From an uncultured Candidatus Saccharibacteria bacterium (GTDB taxonomy: Bacteria; Patescibacteriota; Saccharimonadia; Saccharimonadales; UBA4665), in assembly GCA_964440265.1 (NCBI GenBank), contig CAYTRU010000001.1, positions 1 to 33,542 on the forward strand: 33,542 nt of DNA. Reading direction: 5' to 3'. The position numbers were made by a program, and so were the translations under genes. The notes under the pieces are model-generated. The model did not search any database. It was not told the origin of the DNA and saw only the letters and a program-made list of their open reading frames with translations. Position 1 is the stretch's first letter; every line of letters begins with the position of its first letter. Below are positions 16,564 through 24,999 of this stretch, one piece after another.

Positions 16564-17206
16564 ATTGAAACCTCTTCTTTAAGCGATGCAGCGTCGGGTA
16601 TAGGGCACCAAAACCACCTACTCGCCGGGAAACATGCCGAGTATTGGTCAGTAAATCGACTAGGTTGTCTCTGGTGGGCAAACTCTCTATAAGCGAATAG
16701 GTCCGACCCCACCCAACCTTGCCATGGGCGTCACTGCTGCTCGCACTGGCTACCGGGTGAGCCTCAGCCCACGCTTTGGCTGCTGTCGATTTGTTCTGAA
16801 AATATGCCCGGCCATTATAGACCTCTATGATATCCACATCGGCGGCGATGCGGCGCAAAGTCTGCAGGCTGACACCCCGCCGCACCGTTTCGAACGGATG
16901 GGGGATGTACACGAGCCCGTTTTGAGCTCGAACCTGCCGAATAGTTTCCTCGGGGCTCAGCTGAGATAAGATAGTCGCCTTTAGAAATAAACCAATTATC
17001 TCGCCCTCAGTGGTTGTTATTTCCTCGCCAATAATAATTTTGTCACCCAACTGCTCATGCAGGGCAGTCGCAAAAGTGATGCGATCATGATCGGTCACTG
17101 CGATAACATCCAGCTCACCAGAACTCAGCATAGACTGATAATCTTTGGCTGTCAGACCACCATCTGACGAAGCAGTAGAGTGCGTATGTAAATCAAGCTT
17201 ATACAT
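16553..17206 (-). CDS. PHP-domain metal-dependent phosphoesterase
   Basis: It has LDLHTHSTASSDG and IAVTDHD, a further His/Asp in YIPHPFE, and SSSDAHG near the C-terminus. It starts 2 nt after the upstream gene stop. Confidence 0.8.
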   Translation of the reverse strand: MYKLDLHTHSTASSDGGLTAKDYQSMLSSGELDVIAVTDHDRITFATALHEQLGDKIIIGEEITTTEGEIIGLFLKATILSQLSPEETIRQVRAQNGLVYIPHPFETVRRGVSLQTLRRIAADVDIIEVYNGRAYFQNKSTAAKAWAEAHPVASASSSDAHGKVGWGRTYSLIESLPTRDNLVDLLTNTRHVSRRVGGFGALYPTLHRLKKRFQYGE

Positions 17207-17208
17207 AG

Positions 17209-17832
17209 CTATAACTGCCTGATAATGAGGTTTAGCCTTTCAAACACCATATAGCTCGCCAGCACTGCTATCAGCACAGTGACTACCAAGATTTGACTGC
17301 TTAGTAGCCCGATCACTATCAGCAACATCCGAACGTCAAATGGTACTACGCCCTCATGGTAGTAATGATTTATCTCATGATGACTGAGATGCTTGCGTGT
17401 CAGGGCTAGGGCAACCTCACCCTTTGCCTTAATAAAATTAGCCGTGAGCGAAGCGCCACAAGCCACGACCGCCACGCTAGTCCAGGCAGGACGACTACTG
17501 ACAGATAAAAAGTACGCAATACCGGTATACAGCAGTACCTCTTTGATACGATCAGTCGAGGCATCTAGAAACATACCGGCTTCGCTAGCCCGATTCTGTA
17601 AACGAGCTAACTCACCATCAAGTGTGTCAAACAACCCAAAAACAATCAGCAGCACACCCGCCAGCGGCAACTTACCAGCAGCAATCAAGAGGGCGATCGG
17701 TAGGTGCATGACTACGCCGACTACAGTAACTGTGGTGGGATGTAAGGAGCCGTGGGTCACTCGATTCAGCCAGTTAGCCACCCGTTTCATGATGTTCCGG
17801 ATGAATTGCCGCACCCATTCCACAATATGCAT
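17209..17832 (-). CDS. CDP-alcohol phosphatidyltransferase
   Basis: A perfect D-x2-D-G-x2-A-R-x8-G-x3-D-x3-D motif, DTLDGELARLQNRASEAGMFLDASTD, lies at 17551-17628. The protein is polytopic. Confidence 0.88.
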   Translation of the reverse strand: MHIVEWVRQFIRNIMKRVANWLNRVTHGSLHPTTVTVVGVVMHLPIALLIAAGKLPLAGVLLIVFGLFDTLDGELARLQNRASEAGMFLDASTDRIKEVLLYTGIAYFLSVSSRPAWTSVAVVACGASLTANFIKAKGEVALALTRKHLSHHEINHYYHEGVVPFDVRMLLIVIGLLSSQILVVTVLIAVLASYMVFERLNLIIRQL

Positions 17833-17890
17833 GTCTCTACTGTACTTGGGATCATTATAAAAATGAAAGAAAATAGTATATGTTTAAGGG

Positions 17891-19582
17891 ATGGGACTGC
17901 ATCGAACAGGGAAGCAAGCTGACTGGCAAAAAGTGCGGCGAGAGGAACAGACAGCCTGGCAACGCTTGGCTGAGCGCACACACGGCATCATTACACCTGG
18001 TAACATCATTAGTCTAACCGGTTTGCTTGGTGTGTTTTACGGAGCCGGGCTACTTCTGTATGAGCACTATACCGCCGGTTTAATCGCCATTACCGCGGGG
18101 CGGTTAGCTGATGTGTTCGATGGCCTGATAGCCGAAAAGACGGGTACCAAAAGCCCGCTAGGGGAAGTGGTAGATGCTACGATGGACAAGCTGGCTATTT
18201 TGGTACTAATACCTATCGTGATAATTGAGCATCTGCTACCGTTTACGGTATTCGGGATCATTGTCTTACAAAATGTCGTTAACGTGATGATCGCAGCCAT
18301 TGCCAAAGCCAGACGTCTTGAACTGCGTCCCACTATCGAAGGCAAAATCGCCACAGCGGCCGCGTGGGCTACTGTGGTTAGCTTTAGTGCCCTAACGGCA
18401 GCCCGCAAAGCACCACACCTCATCGTCTTGCAGGATATATTTTGGTTTGCGGCGTACCTATCGATCATACTTTTCTTGGTGTACGGACTGCGGGCTTCGC
18501 GAAATTATGCCCGCCTAGTTTTTGCTGTTAGTACGAGTGATTATATTAAGATGCTAGTAGGTAGATACCCCCCTCGCCCAAATCTACTGCACAGGTTCCA
18601 GCAAGTGATAATCATCGTGAATCCTCAGAGCAGTAACGTCCAGCGCGTCGAGAAGCGTCGCTACGAACTAAGCACGTTATTTCCCCTCACACCCATTAAA
18701 CTTATAGAAACTACTACCCGACCGGCTCAACTGACAGCTAGACTCAAACGAGCCCTCATTAATCAATCAGGTCCTACCTTACTATGTATCGGCGGCGGTG
18801 ATGGTACGGTACATCTGGTAGTCAACAGTTTGATGCAACTCCAGACAGAGATTGATCTGGCACAGGCACCAGTGTTACCACTGTGGGGCGGCAACGCGAA
18901 CGATCTCGCTACCATGTTGAATGGGCTTTCATCACGTACAAGCCTGAGAAGGTTGCTGACTAGCGCTAATATAATCGCCATTCATCCTCTTAAAATTACA
19001 AGCAGCTTGGATGGCCAAACGTCTACCCATCACTACGCCGCTTGCTATGCTAGCTTTGGTGTTTCCGCTTATGCCACTGCCGAACTCGAAAAGCCAGTAT
19101 ATAAAAAGCGATTACAGAGCAATTCGGCTCTGGGAACTTTCATCAAAGAATTTAAACAAGCTTGCCGGGCAATTTTAGATGCACCAGGATTTGATGCCGA
19201 ACAAAATGGTAAACGAATTAAAATTTTCGAACAGGTGTTTTCTAATGGCTCAAGGGTAGCTAAGATGGACCGCTTACCAGTCAAGTTGCACGAAAAACGC
19301 TTTTATCGGGCGGTTAACTCGGAGACGCAGCCCACTCCTTTATTTTATATTCGGCAATTCCTACTTTTACGCGGCAAGAAGCTCGGCGAAGTCACTGACC
19401 AAAACTTTCGGTTTACCACCAAGGAACGTGCTTGGGCGCAGTTTGACGGCGAGGCGAGGGTGCTACCCAAAAATACTACTGTTAGCATCGGTCTAGCGGA
19501 AGCACCTTTCTATGCTGTTAGCACCAAACTCAAACCGCGTGAAAACCACCAGGCCTCACCGGCAACAGATGCTGGTAATTAG
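17891..19582 (+). CDS. Fusion protein: N-terminal CDP-alcohol phosphatidyltransferase plus C-terminal DAG-kinase-type lipid kinase (DAGK_cat/YegS-like)
   Basis: The N-terminal motif is DVFDGLIAEKTGTKSPLGEVVDATMD (18110-18187; AR is replaced by AE) with TM helices. The C-terminal half has IIIVNPQS, GGDGT (18794-18808) and GGNANDLA. Confidence 0.85.
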   Translation: MGLHRTGKQADWQKVRREEQTAWQRLAERTHGIITPGNIISLTGLLGVFYGAGLLLYEHYTAGLIAITAGRLADVFDGLIAEKTGTKSPLGEVVDATMDKLAILVLIPIVIIEHLLPFTVFGIIVLQNVVNVMIAAIAKARRLELRPTIEGKIATAAAWATVVSFSALTAARKAPHLIVLQDIFWFAAYLSIILFLVYGLRASRNYARLVFAVSTSDYIKMLVGRYPPRPNLLHRFQQVIIIVNPQSSNVQRVEKRRYELSTLFPLTPIKLIETTTRPAQLTARLKRALINQSGPTLLCIGGGDGTVHLVVNSLMQLQTEIDLAQAPVLPLWGGNANDLATMLNGLSSRTSLRRLLTSANIIAIHPLKITSSLDGQTSTHHYAACYASFGVSAYATAELEKPVYKKRLQSNSALGTFIKEFKQACRAILDAPGFDAEQNGKRIKIFEQVFSNGSRVAKMDRLPVKLHEKRFYRAVNSETQPTPLFYIRQFLLLRGKKLGEVTDQNFRFTTKERAWAQFDGEARVLPKNTTVSIGLAEAPFYAVSTKLKPRENHQASPATDAGN

Positions 19583-19642
19583 CTTATTGTAGAGAAAACA
19601 GCTAGTATTGGCATAAGAGATAGCTTAAGTGAGGACACAGAT

Positions 19643-22390
19643 ATGGCTAAAACAGCGACAAAATCCTCAAAGAACACTAAAAACAAACTAGGACGCTTGC
19701 AACGTCTGAGTCTCTTATCATTTAATCGGCCACATCAGGCTGCTCTGATCTTATTGGTCTTGGTACTCTTTGGTGCTGTTTGCTACGGCACGCTACTAAA
19801 ACGCGAGGGCTTCCCTAGTATCAATACGCCTCTTGCCATCGCCAGCGGCACCTACCTTGTCAATGATCCCGCCCGTGTCGACGCCGACATTGCAAAACCA
19901 TTAAGTGACTTCTTGCTGAAACAAGCTGATATTACGACAGTCCAGAGCCAAAGTTTTGCTAATTTTTATAATATCACGGTGTCGTACAAGGAGGGTGTCA
20001 GCGCTTCGGCTAGAAGTAGCTCACTGTCCAAGCAAATAACCGACCGTCATCTGCTACCCAAGCAGTCAACTCTCAAGCTGGCTCCAGTCGAATTCGGTTT
20101 TACGAGTCGCGGTGACGATTTGGTCGTATCTTTTTATAGTACTGGCCATACGCAAGATAGTCACAGCTTAGTAGCTAAGGCAAAAGCCGCTGCAGCTTTT
20201 ATCCAAAAGAAGCATTTACCCCTGGTACAGACCGCTTCGATAATTGATCCATATGAAGCCGCCGTCAACCCCTTAAGCGGGCAGCGGGAAACCACCCAAA
20301 AATCATTCGATAGGTTCGGGCAGCGGGAAGCTGCTGCTAGCAAGTTTTATACCTCAGTCGTGATAGGAGTAAAGGCTACGACTGGCGCTGACAATCTTGA
20401 TTTGGATAAACAGGTTCGAGGGGCAGTTGCGAGCCTCAATCAGCAAGCTCAGTTCTCTGGTTATCAGGCGGTCGTCAGTGCCAGCTATGCACCGCAGATC
20501 AACGACCAAATTAACACGCTACAAACCTCGCTTTTGGAGGGTTTGCTGGCTGTATTGATAGTCGGTTCGCTAGTGATTGCTATCCGAGCCTCATTGATTA
20601 CCGTCCTATCCATGGTAACCGTACTGGCTACCGTCAATGGGCTGTTATATGTGTTGGGCTATAGCCTCAATACCATCACTTTATTTGCGCTCATCCTCGG
20701 CCTGTCGCTCATAGTCGATGATACGATCATTATGGTCGAGGCGCTCGACGCACAGCGACGCCGACAAAAGACGGCTGATCTGGCGGTCAGTGAAGCTACG
20801 CGGCGGGTCAGCCGGGCTATGATCGCCGCCACTTCGACGTCGGTGCTGAGCTTTGCGCCATTATTATTTGTCGGCGGCATACTCGGCAATTTTATTCGTG
20901 CCATACCGATAACTATCATCGCCGCACTCTTGACCAGTCTATTCGTAGCGCTAGTATTTATTCCGTTCTTCGGACGCTTCCTATTACTTGGTAAAAAACA
21001 AATGGGCGCTGACAACGTGCACGAGCTAAGTGCGGGCATCGAACGGCGCATCATTAAGTTCGTCGCCAGCCCCATGCTCTGGGCCAAAGGCTCAACCAAA
21101 AAGCTCATGAGCGTCGGGTTGATTGCTGTAGCAATCGGTTTTGGTTTCATCGGTGCAGGCGGTTACTTGTTCCAAAAAGTCAGCTTCAATATTTTCCCGC
21201 CGGCCAAAGATGGCGATCAGCTCAGTATCACCGTAGTCTTTCATCCAAATACTTCGATCGCCCAAGCCCAGGTGATTGCCGGTCAAGTCGATCACCTCGT
21301 CAGCCAGACAACTGGGAGCAATTTTGTCAGAGCCTCGTACTTTGGGCGAGCTGACATTCAGCAAGCTATGCTGACGACCGATATCATCCCCTACCAACAG
21401 CGCGCTATCACCGCCCCAGAGCTTGTCAAGCAATTGAACGCCAAATTTGACACTTTTTCAGCCGCCTCCGTCGAAGCCGCTCCATTGGCTGCCGGACCAC
21501 CGGCTGCTGACTTTACAGTACAGATAGAATCAGGTAAAAACCGGCCTGGAGCCTTGCGTCTGGCTGATGTGGTCGCCACGTATCTACAGAAAGAGGCCGT
21601 ACTCCGGCGAGCCGACGGCAGTATTGCCAAGGTAAAAAACGTTCGTATCAGCAATGCCAGTATTTACGTGCGCAGTGATAACAGGCAGTACGTAGCGGTC
21701 ACTGCCAAGTTCGTCGATACTGATACCAGCACGCTCGTTAGCCTCGCAAAGACCGCCGTGCAAAAACACTTCACCGACAACAAAGTAGCTACTTATGGTC
21801 TCCCAAAAAACACTATTGATTTTGATGCTGGTCAAGAAGACCAGAACCAGGACAGCTTTAAAACGCTGGCTTTAGCGTTCCCGGCACTACTATTTGTGAT
21901 TTACTTGGTCCTGGCGTTTCAATTCCGCAGCCTATTACAGCCGCTACTCATCTTTATGGCACTGCCGTTTAGCTTGTTTGGCATTACCCTCGGCCTGTAC
22001 CTGACAAACAATCCCTTCAGCTTCTTCGCTATGCTTGGTTTCTTCGCGCTGATCGGTCTTAGCATTAAAAACACCATCCTGCTGACTGATTATGCCAATC
22101 AATCCCGGAAAGCCGGCATGCACCCAGTGGATGCTGCTCATGAAGCTTTAAGCGAGCGCTTCCGTCCCTTAATTGCTACCAGTCTAACGGCAGTTTTTTC
22201 GCTGATCCCGTTAGCTTTGGCGAGCCCGTTCTGGGAAGGCTTAGCCGTAGTCTTGATTTTCGGCCTGTTGTCCAGCACCTTCCTGGTTATCACGGTGTTC
22301 CCGTACTACTACCTCGGCAGCGAATTTTTGCGCCAACATTTTAACCGTCGCACAGGTATATTACTTAAGGTTAGGCAAAGAAACTCTTAA
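19643..22390 (+). CDS. RND superfamily (AcrB-like) transporter permease
   Basis: 915 aa, with GAGGA as RBS. The N-terminus FNRPHQAALILLVLVLFG...GFPSINTP resembles AcrB TM1. Two TM bundles are separated by large soluble loops. The TM4-like LGLSLIVDDTIIMVEAL carries the DD pair (20717-20722). Confidence 0.85.
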   Translation: MAKTATKSSKNTKNKLGRLQRLSLLSFNRPHQAALILLVLVLFGAVCYGTLLKREGFPSINTPLAIASGTYLVNDPARVDADIAKPLSDFLLKQADITTVQSQSFANFYNITVSYKEGVSASARSSSLSKQITDRHLLPKQSTLKLAPVEFGFTSRGDDLVVSFYSTGHTQDSHSLVAKAKAAAAFIQKKHLPLVQTASIIDPYEAAVNPLSGQRETTQKSFDRFGQREAAASKFYTSVVIGVKATTGADNLDLDKQVRGAVASLNQQAQFSGYQAVVSASYAPQINDQINTLQTSLLEGLLAVLIVGSLVIAIRASLITVLSMVTVLATVNGLLYVLGYSLNTITLFALILGLSLIVDDTIIMVEALDAQRRRQKTADLAVSEATRRVSRAMIAATSTSVLSFAPLLFVGGILGNFIRAIPITIIAALLTSLFVALVFIPFFGRFLLLGKKQMGADNVHELSAGIERRIIKFVASPMLWAKGSTKKLMSVGLIAVAIGFGFIGAGGYLFQKVSFNIFPPAKDGDQLSITVVFHPNTSIAQAQVIAGQVDHLVSQTTGSNFVRASYFGRADIQQAMLTTDIIPYQQRAITAPELVKQLNAKFDTFSAASVEAAPLAAGPPAADFTVQIESGKNRPGALRLADVVATYLQKEAVLRRADGSIAKVKNVRISNASIYVRSDNRQYVAVTAKFVDTDTSTLVSLAKTAVQKHFTDNKVATYGLPKNTIDFDAGQEDQNQDSFKTLALAFPALLFVIYLVLAFQFRSLLQPLLIFMALPFSLFGITLGLYLTNNPFSFFAMLGFFALIGLSIKNTILLTDYANQSRKAGMHPVDAAHEALSERFRPLIATSLTAVFSLIPLALASPFWEGLAVVLIFGLLSSTFLVITVFPYYYLGSEFLRQHFNRRTGILLKVRQRNS

Positions 22391-22407
22391 CCTGTATAAT
22401 TGCTATC

Positions 22408-23031
22408 ATGAAGCATGGCCCTGCGGGAGGTATTACACCACTTCAGCCCGGCGAGGCGACTGAATATTTAAGCTTTCTCAGTAATGCCGTGCAAGAGATC
22501 AGCACCTCGCTGCACTATACGACGACGCTTCAGAATGTAGCTAGCACTATGGTACCCAGAATCGCCGATTGGTGCGCCGTAGACATTGCTCAAGACGATG
22601 GCACACTGAAACGACTAGCGACAGCTCATATTGATCCCAAAAAAATAAAAAAAGCATTAGAGATAGGAAAGAAGTATCCCCGCGACCCGAATGCTGGTAG
22701 CGGCTCTCCGCATGTCCTCAAAACGGGCGTACCAGAAATGTCCAATGGCATTACCGACAACCTCTTAGTAGACGCCGCGATCAATAAGGAACATCTTGCC
22801 ATGATGCGCGACTTACAATTTCATTCTTTGATGATCGTACCCATAAAATCGCGGCGTAGAACCCTCGGCACCATGACCTTCGTTTGGGCAGAATCAGCGA
22901 AGTCATATAGCCTCGCCGATTTGGCCTTCGCTGAGATATTGGCCAGTGTAGCTGGTAGTGCGATTGATAATTCACGCTTGTACCAAGCAGCGAAGCGAGC
23001 AGCAGCTAAAAAATTAGTCGCGAGTCACTAA
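22408..23031 (+). CDS. Stand-alone GAF domain protein
   Basis: It has LHYTTTLQNVASTMVPRIADWCAVDI...LATAHIDP...SLMIVPIKSRRRTLGTMTF...AEILASVAGSAIDNSRLY, the pattern of the GAF module found N-terminal to SpoIIE-type phosphatases. TATAAT (22395-22400) lies 7 nt before the ATG. Confidence 0.75.
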   Translation: MKHGPAGGITPLQPGEATEYLSFLSNAVQEISTSLHYTTTLQNVASTMVPRIADWCAVDIAQDDGTLKRLATAHIDPKKIKKALEIGKKYPRDPNAGSGSPHVLKTGVPEMSNGITDNLLVDAAINKEHLAMMRDLQFHSLMIVPIKSRRRTLGTMTFVWAESAKSYSLADLAFAEILASVAGSAIDNSRLYQAAKRAAAKKLVASH

Positions 23032-23702
23032 GCATGCGGTGGCGTAACCGCGACGGCGCGCTCTTCTTTGTGATAGCTCCGACCCTCAGGCGTTACTGAG
23101 AACAGCAAGATACGGTCAAAAGGCATTTCAACCGCCGCTATGTCGGCATCGCTGATAGCCTCCAGATGCTTGATAAGTGTGCGTAGCGTATTGCCATGCG
23201 ACACCACGAGGACTGTCTTTCCAGCCTGCAACTGGGGCAGAATACGGGACTCATAAAAAGGCACTGTTCGGGCGTGCACCATCTGCAGAGTTTCGCCACC
23301 CGGTATGGGATGATCCCAAGCTCGGCGGATACCGTCAAACTTGTCCTTACCCAGCCGGTCGAGTACTTGCCACTTATCTAGGCCAGTATACTCACCGTAG
23401 TCACGCTCGTTAAGCGGCGCGTGACGTTCGTGGGGCAAATCAGGCTGCTGCTGTGCTGTCGACAAGAGACCTTGCAACGTTTCCAAAGTCCGGACATGTT
23501 CAGAGTAATAAGCCAAATCGATAGTTAGGTCCTGCAGAGCCTCACCGATCAAGCGGGCATCCTGGCGGCCTTTCTCGGTGAGGTGAACATCCGCCTGGCC
23601 GGTCCATTTGCCCAATACGTTCCATTCGGACTCGGCATGTCGGACTAGAATGAGTTTGCCGCTGCCCGGTACAGATTTTTTATTACGCGAATTTGTAGCC
23701 AT
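23028..23702 (-). CDS. gpmA: 2,3-bisphosphoglycerate-dependent phosphoglycerate mutase
   Basis: It has LVRHAESEWN, LNERDYGEYTG, RRAWDHPIPGGE and VSHGNTLR, and is adjacent to eno. Confidence 0.85.
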   Translation of the reverse strand: MATNSRNKKSVPGSGKLILVRHAESEWNVLGKWTGQADVHLTEKGRQDARLIGEALQDLTIDLAYYSEHVRTLETLQGLLSTAQQQPDLPHERHAPLNERDYGEYTGLDKWQVLDRLGKDKFDGIRRAWDHPIPGGETLQMVHARTVPFYESRILPQLQAGKTVLVVSHGNTLRTLIKHLEAISDADIAAVEMPFDRILLFSVTPEGRSYHKEERAVAVTPPHA

Positions 23703-23706
23703 TGCT

Positions 23707-23716
23707 TGGTATTATA
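23707..23716. promoter_or_regulatory. Shared, symmetric -10 region serving divergent gpmA and eno
   Basis: The intergenic region is 22 bp. The plus strand has TGgTATTAT (23707-23715), 9 nt before the eno ATG. The minus strand has TATAAT (23716-23711), 8 nt before the gpmA ATG. Confidence 0.45.
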
Positions 23717-23724
23717 GAACTAGT

Positions 23725-24999
23725 ATGCTGATTCAGTCTATTATCGGGCGGCAGATTTTTGATTCGCGGGGCTACCCGACGGTGGAGTGTGACGTCACGC
23801 TAGCCGATGGCAGCCAGGGACGAGCTGCTGTTCCCTCGGGAGCATCCACTGGTAGTGGCGAAGCACTGGAATTACGGGATGGCGGTCAAGCGTTTGGCGG
23901 TAAAGGTGTCACAAAAGCCGTGGCAAACCTTCACCAGCTAATTGCACCAGCACTGCAAGGCCAAGACGCTAGCAATCAAGCAGCCATCGATCAAACACTG
24001 CAGGACTTGGATGGCACTGCCGACAAAAGCCGCCTTGGCGCCAATGCCACCCTAGCGGTATCACTGGCTGTCGCTCATGCCATGGCGGCTTGCAAGAAAC
24101 AACCACTGTATATCCACATCGGCGCACTAGCCGGTAATGATACTTTCACACTACCGCTGCCCATGCTAAATATCTTAAATGGTGGCCAACATGCTGCTGG
24201 CTCCACCGATATTCAAGAGTTCATGATACTGCCAATTGGGGCCACAGATTTGGCAACTGCTCTGCGTATGGCCAGCGAAGTTTATCATACGCTCGCCAGC
24301 GTTCTACAAGCAAAAGGCTACGCTACGACCGTCGGTGACGAAGGAGGCTATGCGCCTAGCGTCACCGGCGGGTCAAATGAGGCTCTGGAGCTCATCATGA
24401 CCGCCATTACCCAAGCAGGCTACCGTCCCGGCAAAGATATCGCCTTGGCCTTAGACGTCGCTGCCAGTGAGCTAGTAGACGGCTCAGATTATAATTTTGC
24501 CCGCGAAGGTAAGATCTACACGGTCGCGCAGTTGATTGAACAATACGCCGCTCTAGCCAAAGATTTCCCGCTACTATCAATCGAAGATGGGCTAGCCGAG
24601 AAAGATTGGTCCGGCTGGCAACAACTTACTCTAGAACTCGGTGGCACACTGCAACTGGTAGGTGATGATCTACTGGTTACCAATACCACCTTACTCCAAA
24701 AAGCCATCCGTCTCAAAGCTGCCAATGCTATACTCATCAAACCCAATCAAATCGGCACACTCAGCGAGACTATAGCTGCTGTCCGTATGGCGCAGGCTGC
24801 TGGTTGGCGCACCATTATATCGCATCGCTCGGGCGAAACCGAGGATACTACCATTGCCCATCTGGCAGTTGGCCTAAACGCCGGACAGATCAAAACCGGC
24901 TCCTTTTCGCGCTCTGAACGCCTGGCCAAATACAATGAACTACTGCGTATTGCTGAAACGTTAACCAACCCACGATTGGCGCCATTCCATGCAGCATAA
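23725..24999 (+). CDS. eno: Enolase
   Basis: The N-terminus is MLIQSIIGRQIFDSRGYPTVECDV...VPSGASTGSGEALELRD, and SHRSGETED is present. The start is set at ATG 23725; the ORF-track extension to 23608 would run through gpmA. Confidence 0.95.
   Translation: MLIQSIIGRQIFDSRGYPTVECDVTLADGSQGRAAVPSGASTGSGEALELRDGGQAFGGKGVTKAVANLHQLIAPALQGQDASNQAAIDQTLQDLDGTADKSRLGANATLAVSLAVAHAMAACKKQPLYIHIGALAGNDTFTLPLPMLNILNGGQHAAGSTDIQEFMILPIGATDLATALRMASEVYHTLASVLQAKGYATTVGDEGGYAPSVTGGSNEALELIMTAITQAGYRPGKDIALALDVAASELVDGSDYNFAREGKIYTVAQLIEQYAALAKDFPLLSIEDGLAEKDWSGWQQLTLELGGTLQLVGDDLLVTNTTLLQKAIRLKAANAILIKPNQIGTLSETIAAVRMAQAAGWRTIISHRSGETEDTTIAHLAVGLNAGQIKTGSFSRSERLAKYNELLRIAETLTNPRLAPFHAA

Noticed and set aside
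17393-17860. 155-aa plus-strand ORF antisense to the CDP-alcohol phosphatidyltransferase gene
   Set aside because: The opposite strand carries a perfect family signature motif. The antisense translation is Ser/Ala/Thr/Arg-rich without motifs.
20161-22141. Several 60-163-aa minus-strand ORFs inside the RND permease gene
   Set aside because: They are antisense or off-frame shadows of a 915-aa gene with clear RND features.
23608-23724. N-terminal extension of enolase in the ORF track (start 23608)
   Set aside because: It would overlap the gpmA coding region on the other strand. The canonical enolase N-terminus MLIQSIIGRQIFDSRG starts at ATG 23725, right after a -10 box.
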